NCBI RefSeq assembly: GCF_006345805.1
Contig: NC_043004.1
Span: 36,518,001 to 36,582,000 of the forward strand
Length of the DNA stretch: 64,000 bases
From: Octopus sinensis
Taxonomy: Eukaryota
Direction of reading: 5' to 3'
The notes below the pieces were generated by a model, which saw nothing but the letters and a program-made list of their open reading frames with translations, ran no database searches and was not told the DNA's origin. The translations under genes were made by a program, and so were the position numbers. This document shows, in pieces, positions 12,310-26,782 of this stretch. Numbering within the stretch: position 1 is the first letter of the stretch; the number at the start of each line of letters is the position of its first letter.

Positions 12310-14418
12310 CTTATATATATATATATATATATACATATATATACTTATATATATATATATACATACATATACATACATACATATATATATATATGTACAA
12401 ACATATATATACATACACATATACATACATACATATATATATATACATACACACACATATATATATATTCCCCTCCCCTTACCAAAAGTTGAACAGTTAT
12501 CTCCCTTGCCTACAACAATAACAATAATAACAATTACGTCCCCTTATTTTTCTACTTGTGAAGTCAGTCATTCACTCGTAAATATCATTACACGCAACAT
12601 GGACAAAAATTTCTTCTTAAGAAAATACATATTCAAATAAGTAAACCGTAATATGATGAATAGCGAAAGCGAAACCGGTCGATATACTCAAAATTATATT
12701 AAAACTATGTAAAGTGTGTTTTGCATTTTAAAATTTCTTTTATATATATTACAACTCACCACGTGGGGATAATCAACATTCCTGCTTTTCTGTTACTACT
12801 ATATATATATACATTACAACATGCAGATGCAAGTTATTCAGGGCCCCAGGGATTTTGAGAGGATAGCAATATGATTGAACTAGTTGTAGATTCACGAGTT
12901 TGCTCGATGCTCTTACTTTGCAAAAACTGAAGCCATGATGTTTACTCATCTGTACCCTAAACGTAGTAGTTTCTACGTTCAATAACCATTTTTTCTGTTC
13001 GCGTTTTTAGAAAAAAATGCGTGTCTTTATCAATATTTCTTAAATATATTAGACTGACTGCTTTACTCAAAAGCTAAATAGTTGTGGTTTATGGTCCCGG
13101 TAATCTGATGAGTAATTTATTTTCATTGAAAAATAGAAAAATAGGTATTTTACTTTTGCTGCAATGAACAAACACGATAAAAACTGTAGCAAGCAGAACT
13201 GAGTGGCTCACAGATTTGGATATCTTCTTTTACGCACAAGGTACGTACATTCAATCGTGTATATATATATATATATATATATATACTTTATCCAAAGGTA
13301 GTGTAACCTCACTAATATATAATAAAATATATCTTAAGCTATTTCTAACTCTTGAAATATTAGTGTACAAAAATCTGTTGCCGCTGTGCTATTCTATACT
13401 GGAATGAATGAACAGCTTTATTCAATAAAGGAATCAAGTAAACTTGGTTAGAGCTTAGAAAAAATTTTTTTATTATAACCTTTATCAATGAATCCCTGTA
13501 AATCATCGATGTAAATCAGGTGTGCTATGATCTTACGAAAGAATGTAAAAAAATTTTTCATAAAATATATTTAAAGTACACTAACAGAATTAAAAAAATG
13601 AGTAATTTAAAGAGTTTCTTTTTTTTTAATAGATTGAGGTTTCCTTGTATTTGTATAAAATGATTCACAAATACAATGAAAAAGTGTATCAACTTTATCT
13701 GAATCTGTTTAACACTTAGTAAATGGTATCAAATTTCGATGTATTACTTTTTCAACACCCAACACATCTGATAATTCTAAACGAATACGTGAGTTTGAAG
13801 TTATTATCCTTTCAAATTACTTTCCTAAGATCATTTATAGAGATGTAGAGTTGATAAAGTGTATCGAAGCTAAAATGCCACTAATTTCACTTGACTAAAA
13901 TTATATCTGTGTCGTGTCTGTTTGTTTTGTAGTTCTTTTATTCCTAATTAATCAGATGCAGAGATACATTAAAATTCAAAATTAATTGAACATTTTTGAA
14001 CTCATCAAAAAACATTTAATTTGAAATAAAAATAATTCTTCAGGTAAACTACAATTAGATATTTTTAATGGAATATGTAACTGCATTTTCCCTGATTAGA
14101 GTTGTGCGGGAATGTTTGCTGAAATTTAGGATAGGACTCAGTCAGTGATTTTCATAGCGTAGAAAACGAAGGTTTCCTGAGAATCAATCTTTTAAGAAGA
14201 TGGAGGTTTAGTTCCAGACTATGGAATTTCGGAATAGGAAAATTTCTAAAAATCGATTCTAAACTGGCTCTGCATTACAGTTTAGATTTCAAACAGTCAA
14301 AAATTATCTAAAACTGCGTATTTAGTGTTGTCACGTGTATACAACCAGCCAAAAGTATAACGGTACACAAACTAGTCCTGAAAGAGATCTGAAGATGCAA
14401 GTATTTCCTTTCACTTAC

Positions 14419-14554
14419 CAAAGTCTGCACCATGTTGACCCTCTGTCGTCTCATATGCTGTACAAAATTATGCACATCAACAATTCCTTCCTCGCGGGCT
14501 TGCTCTAATTGAGCATCGATCGCTATATATGTTCCGGTGCGTCCAACCCCGGCA
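14419..14554 (-). CDS. PTP exon: (S)[45 protein letters not shown]
   Basis: 136 nt, phase 2 in (AG+T = Ser completes [10 protein letters not shown]), phase 0 out. Acceptor tttcctttctttcag, donor TTG|gtaagt. The four exons total 503 nt with no stop codon. Confidence 0.97.
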
Positions 14555-14915
14555 CTGAAAGAAAGGAAATTGTATTGGGATTAGATTAAAAACAAAACTG
14601 AAAATATTATTTCAATTGTTAAATTCAATGGTCACACATTACCAATATCACACAACATTTTACACATATTTTAATACGAGGAGACATTATTTAATAACAA
14701 GATATTTTCCATTTTCCTTGTGGCCATTTTGAGCGTTACCTTATAAAAGATCTGATATTATTGTCAGGTCACTGATGTGGAAAGGAATTTCTTCCTTTTG
14801 TGTGACAGGAAAAGTCGGACACGACTGCTTTTCTTTTAACAGTTGTTTCGTTCTCAAGAACCATAATCATCATTAAAGTATACATATCTGAACGAAAGTG
14901 ACTCTGTGTGTGTGT

Positions 14916-14962
<47 letters not shown>

Positions 14963-16119
14963 GGCGGGGGCAGACAGACAAAGAGAAAGAATGAGAGACA
15001 CACGTACACATATACATTTAAAGAAAATTATTATATTTCCAGAAAGAAAAAGCTCCCCCAGTATCTCTCTCAGGTCGAATGAATGCATCAACTACGCTAC
15101 AGGTTCAGCAACTTCTACTCTCATATATACACATCAATGCATGTTTATATCATTTCCGATTCTTCCATTTCAATTTTTCTTTCACATCGATATTATTGTC
15201 AAAGTTCCAATTAATTTTTACATTTAGCATTTCTTGATGAGCACTTAAGTGAAAAAGTTTTCGTTCTTAGACGAATTGAAGCTTGTACAATAGAACACCT
15301 GTACATGCCTGTTATATATATATATGTGTGTGTATGTATGTGTGTGTGTGTACACACAGAAAGAGAGATAGATGGTTAGGTAGGTAGGTAGGTAGGTAGG
15401 TAGGTAGGTAGGTTTAGATAAACACATGCTTTTTGTCTCGATAGGTAGATCAGCGGGTAGATAGGCACATTTGTAGAAAAATATTTCTGAATGTATATCT
15501 ACGCTTATCACCTGAACTAATATCTTGTCTAAATTAATACAAATTCATCAAATTCATACTGTAATACAGAAACATTTCTGGAGATTTTATAGATATTCCG
15601 AGAACGAAAATTGTTTGTTTGTATAATTTATTGGACAAAAATCCTCACTGCCGAAGCATTTTTCTAAGCTTCTAAACAGTGATTTCTATATTTAGATATG
15701 CAGATAAAAGTGCATATTTATGATTGCAGGTTGCTGAAAGAAAAAATATATATAATTTGAGTTAGTACTGGTCCATAATAAAATGAGAATCAATGATTTT
15801 TGCCTTGACTTAGTTATTCAATTGGACGTGCAACGTGTAAGAAATATTTCAGTCCTCTCATTCGTGATTGGTTGAAGTAGAAATATTACATAATTGCACT
15901 CTTAGCGATGTTTTCACAGAAGTAATTATGAATATAGACTTCCAAGTTTTGCTATTTTCTGCAACGAATGTCATGTAACTGTTTAAGAAGAAAATTATCA
16001 CTGTTACTGACTGCCTTCTCAATTCACAAGAAGGCCTGCTGTGCAACCTTTGTTGATTATGACAAAAGTTAGCAAATCGATTATCGTTACATCAAGAAAA
16101 TTTTCCCGGTAAATTGGAT

Positions 16120-16760
16120 TAGGCTTCCAAGTAATGGCAGCAGCAATGTACGGACTTAGTGATAAGACGGAACAGCCATAAAAGTATGCCTTTACAGGGT
16201 TAGCTGGGAACTGAATAACCCCACATGTATGAAAAACTATTTGTGGTTTGGATGAACAGATTCAATCCGAACTGGAAGCAGCAACAACAGACACATCATT
16301 TCGCTGTGTGGCAAGTGTATTTCTTTGCTGGACTAACAGAACACTTAGAGTTCAGCAGAAAGGCACATCTCCGTTCATTGATTAATTTCGTTGTGTCTAC
16401 AGTAGCGTGCCCATTGCTAGGTGCTACAAGACTCTCGTTTCTGCTGCAGTTTTAGAATATTGCGGAGGGAAGATTGCTTGAAAGCGTTTGTATTTCTCTA
16501 AGCAGCATACATACAGGGAACAAGCTTCAGTGACTGTTCGGTAAAATTCAATGGGAATTCTCAGTGGTTCTTTGTTTAATATGGACAGAGAAGATCCTGG
16601 AAATTAATGAATCCCTAATGCATTACAAGAATTATAGCCTCAAAGTGACGATGTCTGGCCAGGTGGCGTAGGAATTTGATGTAACAGTCTTCTTCTTGTC
16701 GATGTTTCTGTGAATGCAATTGTGGCTGTAGAAAAACGGTTTCAGATGTTTAATGAAGTG
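16120..16760 (+). mobile_element. Highly decayed pogo/Tigger-like transposase relic
   Basis: Fragments VMAAAMYGLSDKTEQP, MYEKLFVVWMNRFN..KQQ and GRLLESV loosely resemble pogo DDD-domain segments; many stops and frameshifts. Confidence 0.35.
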
Positions 16761-17152
16761 ACCTAAAGTAAGAACTGCAGTAAAAACAGTTTGTAATATA
16801 GCTGGTGAAATAAAACTCGGAAGGAGAATGAAACTGTTGGTGTTCACTTTAGTGTGGGAATTCAACGGGAAAATTTAGGAATTTAGTTTTCAAGTCTGTC
16901 CCCTATCAAAGCGGTGTGGTCTAAGATATTTCCCCATTGATTTTGTTGTATTTCACTGCTAAAAGTCACGTTCCAAAGGATTTTCTGATTAAGAACGTGG
17001 AAGTAATTGCCTTCGTATTTCAGCCGAATAAATTTTTAGAATGACAGTTGCTGAAAATCAGATCATTTCTCCATTTAAAAATTTGGAATCCAATATTCGA
17101 AGTAAAAAACGAAAGGACCCCGTTTATTATGAAAAACTATCGTTAGCAGCCT

Positions 17153-17565
17153 TCACAGGATTGGCTGTGTGGTAAGTAGCTTGCTAACCAGCCACATGGT
17201 TCCGGGTTCAGTCCCACTGCGTGGCATCTTGGGCAAGTGTCTTCTGCTATAGCCCCGGGCCGACCAATGCCTTGTGAGTGGATTTGGTAGACGGAAACTG
17301 AAAGAAGCCTGTCGTATATATGTATATATATATATATGTGTGTGTGTATGTGTTTGTGTGTCTGTCTTTGTCCCCCTAGCATTGCTTGACAACCGATGCT
17401 GGTGTGTTTACGTCCCCGTCACTTAGCGGTTCGGCAAAAGAGACCGATAGAATAAGTACTGGGCTTACAAAGAATAAGTCCCGGGGTCGATTTGCTCGAC
17501 TAAAGGCGGTGCTCCAGCATGGCCGGAGTCAAATGACTGAAACAAGTAAAAGAGTAAAAGAGAGT
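17153..17565 (+). mobile_element. SINE family A, full length
   Basis: Near-identical to 4802-5195. Confidence 0.9.
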
Positions 17566-17958
17566 ATATAGTAACAACGATTTCATAGTGATAGAGAAAA
17601 TAAATTCTTCTAAAGTTGTACACAAATCAAATAAAAACTAAGAAATTAGATCGACAGTGTCCAGAGAAACAATACTTAGAGATTTAATAATTAGATTATA
17701 TTTTTACAGCGTTCCGTGGCCTTGAACATCTTTCAGAACATGTTAAAAATTGCTTTTCCAACGTAGAACTGATACTACGTAATATTTTGATATATTTATA
17801 GAGAATTTTTATAAAATAATGATGATAATAATAATAAGTATCATATTTGTGTAGACTGTGTAGAAAAGCATCTAAGACAGACGCGGTGACGCCGATAGGA
17901 AAGCATTTAGACCAATAGATGTAGAAGCAAAAAGATAGGAAGATAGAGACAGACACGC

Positions 17959-17959
<1 letters not shown>

Positions 17960-18023
<64 letters not shown>

Positions 18024-18050
18024 TATAGATAGATATACAGATAGATAGAC
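17960..18050. repeat. (GATA)n microsatellite
   Basis: Directly visible. Confidence 0.95.
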
Positions 18051-20051
18051 GCCAGAGCTTGTAATGTGTTATGTCAAATCATTATCATTTTGGAGGAACA
18101 TATCAAAGACATTCTATGAAAGCAATGGTTAACTCCCTTTTAATAACCATGGGGTTATTAATGCTACCTAACCCCATCAGAATGAGCACATCGTCTGAAA
18201 CAGTAGGGACAATAACTTGCCAGAAAATAGTATCGACAACTATCGTGCATGCAGACAATATTTCCAAGAATGAGACAAGAGAATTGCTTGAAAACAACGA
18301 CAAATAACAATAAAACGATAGCAAGATTATTTATAGTACCCTCAAAGAGTAATACAGCAATTAACCTAACTACAGAAGACTTAAGGGGCCACCTGCATCA
18401 GGAAACAAAGGCACTCCACACGTTACCTTACATAAAATACAAGTTAATCTAATAGAACCATAGAATCAGGTTCCAGGACGTCACATATCAAAACATGTCA
18501 TGTTATATTCTGACAGGATAGAAATAAGCCACTGAACAATTGTAAAGATATTCACGAAGATATAACACTATCAGTACTACACACACACGGGCGCTTTCTC
18601 TCTCTCTCCTTCCCCCTGTCCGTCTGCCCAACTCTCTCTTTCTCGATGTCTCTCTCCCTCTTTCGCGCTGTGTCTGTCTATCTTTCTCCCTCTCACTGTA
18701 TAAATGGTTAAATACTAACACAGTAGCAAGTTTGCGGAGGTTACAGTTCCTGCAGAATCTAAATAACGTTTAATTTTCGTGAGAATCAACTGAAATAACG
18801 AAGAGAAATAGTAACTCTCGATATTTGTTCCTTTTACCATCGACACCTAGGGAAGTAGAAGGAAAGAGCTTAAAAGCTCAAATGATTTCGACTCAAAATG
18901 TTCCTAAACGCGGACTCATATCCCCTGTTATATGAAGGGAGCATCTATTTTTTTTCAGTCGTTTTAATCCTTGAAACCTAAGTTCTTTGTGCCACTGAGA
19001 AATCTGAATGTAATAATTTCACGGAATTATAACATGTCGTAAACGATTCTACCTAAATACGAGTTTCTACCCAGCTATATAAGCTATCAGCACTTGTAAA
19101 ATATTAAATCTATTTTGACATACCTATCCCTTATGTCCTATAATTTTTGTTATATAGACAGAAACTAGAAGAGATAAACAGATTGTCTGCCAACAAAAGT
19201 GGGGTGATTTACGGTATACACGTTTACCACAATTTAATCTAAATTCTGACACATTATCTACTTTAATCTATTTCTTGGAATTATGAAGCATGAACTGAAG
19301 TTTGTTTACGATCAAACTTGCCACAGGTATTATGGAAGCGTTTCTGTTGACATAACTGAAGAAAAGTGTCACGATTTTCTTTATATTCTGAACAGCGTTT
19401 ATTTAAAGAACATCTAGAATTTCTCCCGTTTCTTCTTTTTTGCTCATGAAACAAACCGTTAAGCATTACATTGTAACGATCTCAGTTTATATTCAACTCA
19501 TAAATTTCCATGGCTTTTTTTATATCCATCATACTTCGGGGTGGGATAACGTACATGAAATTTATAAAGTTCTCAAATGTATCATCTTGAAATATGCTCA
19601 TTTTTTTACGGAATTTATTGAACATATTTTTTAATATTAATACCCTGTAAAGAAATAAGTTATTTCCTATAAAAGATGTTTTAAAGTACATCCAAGACAT
19701 CACAAAATACAAAAGAGTTTGGCTGACAAAAATATGACGACAAGCCAGACTAACTTATATCTGAATGTTTTCTATATTAATCGATAGTCGAGAGAGTTGA
19801 GAGATATATTAATATACCAGCTTCCATACCGAAGAAACGATGGCTTGTATTTTGTTGTGTTAAATTCGCGAAAAGGTGCCGTGCACTTACTACTCTTAAT
19901 GGGTACCATAAGTAAATGGAAACTAGTTGACGCAGTCTCCACATTCAAACGTCGTCATAAGCAAAATATAAAAAAAGAAAAGAAAATGAAACTGTGATAA
20001 AGTAAAATTTCTAGTTGAGGACAATAGATATCTCTGAATCATGAAGAGTAT

Positions 20052-20282
20052 CTATTTCTTTACTACCCACAAGAGGCTAAACACAGAGAGGAAAACAAGG
20101 ACAGACAAACGGATTAAGTCGATTATATCGACCCCTGTGCGTAACTGGTACTTAATTTATCGACCCCGAAAGGATGAAAGGCAAAATCGACCTCGGCGAA
20201 ATTTGAACTCAGAACGTAGCGGCAGACAAAATACCGCTCAGCATTTCGCCCTGCGTTCTAACGTTTCTGCCAGCTCGCCGCC
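20052..20282 (-). mobile_element. SINE family B monomer
   Basis: Complete head to tail on the minus strand, ending gtagtaaagaaatag. Confidence 0.9.
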
Positions 20283-21825
20283 TTTATCTTTAACTCAATA
20301 CTAGTCAAGGATTGAAGCATCTCTATTCAATGTCAATGACTAATCAATCGTCATTCTGGTAAAATATTGATTTAATAGTCGCAAGACGTGTTCGAATTTA
20401 CTTCGTAAGATATAAACCTATGAATTCAGTATACTTATGAATAATGTTTTAAAATACCACAGAATATATGTTAACTCTTCCTTAAAACTATTACAATTTC
20501 TAAACGATGGATTATGCCCCACGATCAAAAGGAATTGAAACTACAATGTATAAAGTTGCCTGATTTTAGAACGTTCAAAAGTACAATACAAACATGTTAT
20601 ATTATAAAATAAATCGATATAGCTGATATAAAATAATATAGAAGGAATTTTTTGTGTGAAGCTCGCTGGAGACATATGGTATCAATATTCAAACGTTTCT
20701 ATGGATGGATAAATGTATTTGAATCCCTCATTGGTAGGTTAATTAAACAATTCATGTTGCAAATAAATTTTTCTTGTGTTTGCCGACGATGAAAATCGTG
20801 TTTTGCATTTTCTTACAAAATATGACCGCTGACTGAAATCCTTATATATCAGAAGAAACTCATTATTTTCTTTAACAATGAAAACGTCTGTAAATCTTTA
20901 ATTACGAGTCAAGAAGTGGGTCGTACTTTCGATCACTATCGATTTACTCTGCTTTACTAAGTGCTTTGTCAGCTAAACCACTCAGCGTTCCTTTTCAAAT
21001 TCTGGTTAACATTATCATTAATGAATGACATTATTATTCACAAACTTCAATATTCTGATATTTTACTTTCAGTATTTAGACATTAATCTTCACTCTTTAC
21101 CTATCATTTGCCATATTTCCTTTTCTCATCGTACGCTAGTGATACTCTGCATATTTATTGGCGCCATTAAACACTTCAAATAGAGATCAGGTTTTTAATT
21201 TGAGTCACAATTTCCATTAACCATGTAATTACTGATAATTAATAACAATAGTTTAGAAAGTTAAGACCTCAATCAATAAATGATAAGTTTTTAATACTTG
21301 GTCTCAAGTCTAAGAAATTTGTTCTTTTTCCCAGATGTACACGTTTAGCACAAGGTGACAATTCTATATTCAAATGGAGAGTGATCATAGCAGAAAGGTC
21401 TACTATCAAGAAAAATCACTAACTTATATACTTTGATATCGATCTATGAAATACAAAAGGCAGAATAATATTCTCTGACTGCGTCATACCGCCATGTTTT
21501 ATTTGAAGTTGTATTTGAAATATGAGGTATTTAACATGCGGCAATGTTATGTCAGTATTTGCCAGATTCTTGTGAATACAGCAATATTTCTTCACCTCGG
21601 AACTTGAAGGTGTTGCTGGGTCAATAATTATAAGGTAATGAATAATCGGAGAATGAAGAATTAATCAGATGCAAGTCAATCGCCAGGAGTTCATATCAAG
21701 AATATTAGAAAAGAAACAAACAACATCAAATATGTGTATGGCACTGAACATGTTTGAACTTATGTCCTTCTTTTGCATTCTAATATCTCGGCGTGCATTA
21801 AACCAAACAACACACACACACACAT

Positions 21826-21903
<78 letters not shown>

Positions 21904-22199
21904 AGATCTCTGTATGCTTGTGTGTCTGAATATACAACTTATGTATTTCTATACACCCTTCCTACAAAACGACAAAACAAGCCATGACACGCCAACATAA
22001 ACACCAGCATAAAAGCTTGACAATTGTCGTAATGATTGATACTGCAACATTTTGGGGTTGAAATAAAGAAGGAAAAAAAGGAGAAATAACCAGTCTGGGC
22101 CGTTGGTTGAAGCATGATAGTTTATCGCTATCGAAGTGTTAAAGAGTTAGGTACTATTGTTAGAAGAAACCCGCTTATTTATAAATCCCGACGGAATGA

Positions 22200-23330
22200 G
22201 TTATGTTAAACAGTAGAATGAATTGTTGATTATGGTGCAAACGAGAGACAAAAGATCTGTGGCATAGAACACTGCCGCAAGCTTCGAGTGGAACTGGTGC
22301 AAAGAATGACAGTAATGCGCTAAACGTCCGAGTAATCCAGTGTGTTTAAGCCGGACATTCAATAGGTGTTTTTTTAATGCAAGTAACCAGGTGGTATCAG
22401 CGTCATCAATATATAATCAAGCGCTAAACTGATATTTTATAGTGTGAGTGCTGTTGGAGGTTCAGATGAAACGGTCGGCAAAATGATAGAACGAGGTTGT
22501 TTCGTGTTAGATGGAGATGTTTAAATGTACATGAAACAACAAACAAAGGAACCGTGTGAGAGACAAAAAAATCTACAAACCCAAAGGGCTTGTAGCTGCA
22601 TTTGAAAGAAGAGGTGGGTATTTAGGGAATTTGTAGAGAATAATGGGGTTAGATTGAAGGAAACTAAGTTCCATAGTGTAGTTTAAAGGACATTTAAAAT
22701 GATGAGATTGACAGATATAAGGTGAAAGGGAAAGCAGTTGTTTCCTAAACATGAGGACGGAGGCTAGGTTAACACCGCTGACGCAATACAAGATAGTATC
22801 ACTGACTAGTTGCGGTGACTAATTCCTTTCAGGTAAATTGTAAATGATGTGGTGCATTAGAGTCCAGAATCTCGGCTACAAATGTGTGAGGCGCAGGGAT
22901 TACATGGAGAAGTAATCAGGTTTTATGAGAATGTAGTTGGATGGAGTAACATAGAATAAAAATTGAAATCAGTGAATTTGTAGAAGACAAAAGTAGAGAG
23001 ATTGGGAAATATCCAGAGAGATAAAGAGGAAAATGGTGGAGATGGTAGAGGTTATATGTCGTGAAGGACGGAGTGAGTTAATGAACTTGATGAAGTTTCA
23101 GCTATTCGCAGGTAACGAAGACGCCATCGATAATATCGCTGATTTTGCGAACATATAATTGTGAAGGGATCTGATGCGAGGGTGTAAACTTGGGTCTTAC
23201 CAAGACCAACACTGTTGAGAGAAAGCACTGGAAAGAAGAAACAGTTGTGTGTAGGAACGACAAGTGAGGTGTTGGAGAGTAGAGGTGCCGGGTTCGAGCG
23301 AAGAAGCACTTTAGGACTTGGGGACCATCA
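22200..23330 (-). mobile_element. Old CR1/L2-group LINE relic (endonuclease and RT fragments)
   Basis: The minus strand gives decayed endonuclease-like (ORF 23052..23309; GDSNAPH) and RT-like (LYIDDAD, KLAAVFY) fragments. GC content is higher than in the flanks. Confidence 0.45.
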
Positions 23331-24305
23331 TCATTGCCGTCTGTGAGATTTCAGATTGATTACACTTAGTTAATTACCATTGAAACTGGTGGAGCAAACA
23401 ATTCCGCCAACTCATGAGAAAACATAAACGTCTAAATGTTAATGTTCTTATAAAAATTAAGAAATATTTGAAATTCAAATTCCTATTTAAGCAATTATGA
23501 AATATAGGAGATGAAAAATTGACCATTCTTTGTTAAGAAACTATAAACAGGAAACGAAAAACCAAATGACAGAGAATAATGATATCTGAAGAACTCGTAT
23601 TTTCATATACTTGTCATTGTCTGATTTTCCCACAGAAACATATATAGCCGAGTAGAATTGCAACAAGAAGTGGTGGTGGTGGTGGTTGTGGTGGTGGGGG
23701 AAGATGGTCTGCGGTGTTTTTATGTGCAAGTTTTAAATGAATGTAAATATAACGTGTTTTCAATAAGATAGTTGGTGTATATAAAAGTGTCATAAACTAG
23801 CAATTATATTGTAGAACAATACAGGATAATGGCAATACGTTCGGATTGTTAAAATTTTAAGATCGACAGAAAACACGTTAAATATCCGTCAAAAGTCACA
23901 AATCCAAACTGGAATGATAATCACAGAGACAAGAAAGGACAATGAATTATCGCCAATAGATTTGATATTTACAGTTTCGTAAGTTTAGGACGATGACTTC
24001 TCTATCCAATTGATTAATCTTGTTTTGACTGAACAGAGACAAGAAAGATAACGCTTACATATAACAACATGCATAATATGGGTGTACATATATATATATG
24101 ATCATTTATATGTTATGTATATTTATATGTATGTATGTATAAATGTGTGTGAGCATGTATTTGCATAATTCAAACTAACCAAACACATTCTCTTGTAGCT
24201 AGGTAACATGATTTTTAATCTGAGCAGGATTTAGCAAATATGCATATATGCATAGGAGATTTATGCATTAATGCAGGTATGCATTGATTTATGCATTACT
24301 GCATG

Positions 24306-24346
<41 letters not shown>

Positions 24347-25100
24347 ACACACATACGCATACATATATGTACATGTATGTGTGTATATTTATATATACCG
24401 TCATACTATTAATACATATATCCAATCATTCTAACATGAAAGTGAGCTTCGATGAACATAATTCTATGTTCGATATAAGAAAAAAAACACAAAAAATCCG
24501 GCAAATCTGACTGTACGGTTGTAATCTCTTTGCACCTGAGTTGTAGAACTAAACTGAAGAATGGAAAATTATTTTCTTGCTTTCCAACAACATTGCTCAA
24601 ATGTAATATTTACTTTGTACTGATTCTATAAATTCTTCGTATCAATCGATAATATATATTAATTCTATAAAAGTTAACAGAAATGTAATTGTCTATTTGA
24701 AAATTAATTAAATCTCTATAAAATTTCCATTTATAAATTGTCTTACTTTCAAAGCAATCACAGAGTTCCTGCTTGGCTGCTGACGTTAGGAATTTGGCTA
24801 AAGCCTGGCTGAGCGAAGACGTAGCTGCTAGCTAAACCTGCCGTTATTTCTAATTTCACATCTTAAAAGTAAAGCAGTTTACGGTGATAATGAAATGGTG
24901 TTACAAACTACGACAAATCTGAATAGCTCGTATTTTCGTACTTCTTGTCATTGATGTTTTTAAATTCACTGGGTTCCATTTTCGCAAAAATTGCATTTAG
25001 TAGAAATAAAAATGGAATAACCTAGAGATCGTGTTTAAGGTCGAGACAGACACAAAGAGGTAATACTTGCTATTTATTTGGGAAAGGAACTGCGTCTCTA

Positions 25101-25135
<35 letters not shown>

Positions 25136-25136
25136 A

Positions 25137-25177
<41 letters not shown>

Positions 25178-25178
<1 letters not shown>

Positions 25179-25752
25179 TCTTTATTACCCACAATGGGTT
25201 AAACATAGAGGGGACAAAGTCAGACAAATGGTTAAGTCGATTACATCGACACCAGTGCGTAACTGGTACTTAATTTATCGACCCAGAAAGGATGAAAGGC
25301 AAAGTCGACCTCGACGGAATTTGAACTCAGAACGTAGTGGCAGACGAAATACCTATTTGTTTACTACCCACAAGGGGCTAAACACAGAGGAGACAAACAA
25401 GGACAGACAGACGGATTAAGTAGATTATATCGGCTCCAGTGCGTAACTGGTACTTATTTAATCGACCCCGAAAGGATGAAAGGCAAAGTCGACCTCGGCG
25501 GAATTTGAACTCAGAACGTAACGGCAGACGAAATACCTATTTCTTTATTACCCACAAGGGGCTAAACACAGAGGGAACAAACAAGGACAGACATAGGTAT
25601 TAAGTCGATTACATCGACCCCAGTTCGTAACTGGTACTTAATTTATCGACCCCGAAAGGATGAAAGGCAAAGTCGACCCCTGCGGAATTGAACTCACAAC
25701 GTAACGCAGACGAAATACCGCTAAGCATTTCGCCGGGCGCACTAACGATTCT
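25178..25752 (-). mobile_element. SINE family B trimer: one head plus three tandem ~182-184-bp body units
   Basis: Junctions at 25352/25353 and 25536/25537 read (c/g)aaatag|gtatttcg on the element strand. A single head lies at 25719-25752, and the tail runs into (TAA)n/(CTA)n. Confidence 0.92.
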
Positions 25753-26419
25753 AAAGCTAGAATTTAATACGACAACAATCTACAGATGGAAATAATTAGA
25801 GAAATAAATAGATAGAAAATATTTCTACGGAACAATGTAAGGCCCAATGTAAGTTAACAATAAAAATGTAAAATGGGTCAGCCTATGGAGATAGGAAACA
25901 AATACAACCATTAATATCAACATCATATGTCGAATTGTAAAGAGAGTAGCTGCAGTGGTCGCAATAAATGTAATTGTTCTTGAAAGTTTCGTTTAGAGGA
26001 ACACATCCACGCACACAACTTAGAGATAGAGATAGAAAGATATTAATATTGTAGAGGAAGATATTAAACGATAAGCACAACAGAAAAAAAAAGATTTTTA
26101 AACATTTAATAGCAGTATAACCACAAATCAGAATGTTCGCCGAAACTCAAGTCATGTTTTTTGTACAATAGAAGAGATACTAAAAATTGTAATATTGTAA
26201 TGGGTTCGTTAAAGGAAAAACTACAGCAGGCATGAAATATCGAGGATTTACGAGATTTATAAAGAGAAGAAAGTTAGTATCAACTCAAAGACCTCAGCTG
26301 AATTCTTGCAGTGGGTAAACAATATTAGAGGTGTCCAGAGGTCAGATATGTGACGGTCCCTACATCTACCAGCTAAGAAGAGTAGTAATACATTCAAAAC
26401 TCCCCTCCACTGACGGTTT

Positions 26420-26530
26420 TCAACAGTCCATCAGCCAACTTTCAACCATAAGGCTTTGGTCAGTTTAAGACTCAGGTAGATGACATATTCCCAAGCCCTC
26501 GTGTTGTGGGATCGAGTCACAAACACTGAA
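26420..26530 (-). mobile_element. Degraded SINE family A head
   Basis: caaccataaggctttggtcagtttaagactcaggtagatgacatattcccaag aligns with the reverse complement of the family A head. Confidence 0.5.
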
Positions 26531-26751
26531 ATGCCGATGCAGATTTGCCGTCCAATGAAAGCAAAAGCGAAGACTGAAAATGACGAGCGAAAGACCTTAA
26601 CAGATCGATTAATGACAATGTTGTCTTAAATAGCAGAGCCTGAGCAACCAGGTTTGAATTTGAAATAAAAAATGAGGAGTTGCACAAAGGAGATCGAAGT
26701 AAATTATTAGGAATAGAAATGATCTCTCTCACTCTCTCTCTCTCTCTCTCA

Positions 26752-26782
<31 letters not shown>

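Noticed and set aside
18071-18452. Fragment resembling a LINE RT core (IVHADN..ELLE)
   Set aside because: Too decayed to assign with confidence.
19281-19712. Two minus-strand ORFs preceded by an acceptor-like tttacag
   Set aside because: No PTP or other recognisable motif and no matching donor; it does not fit between the HCS and AGVGR exons.
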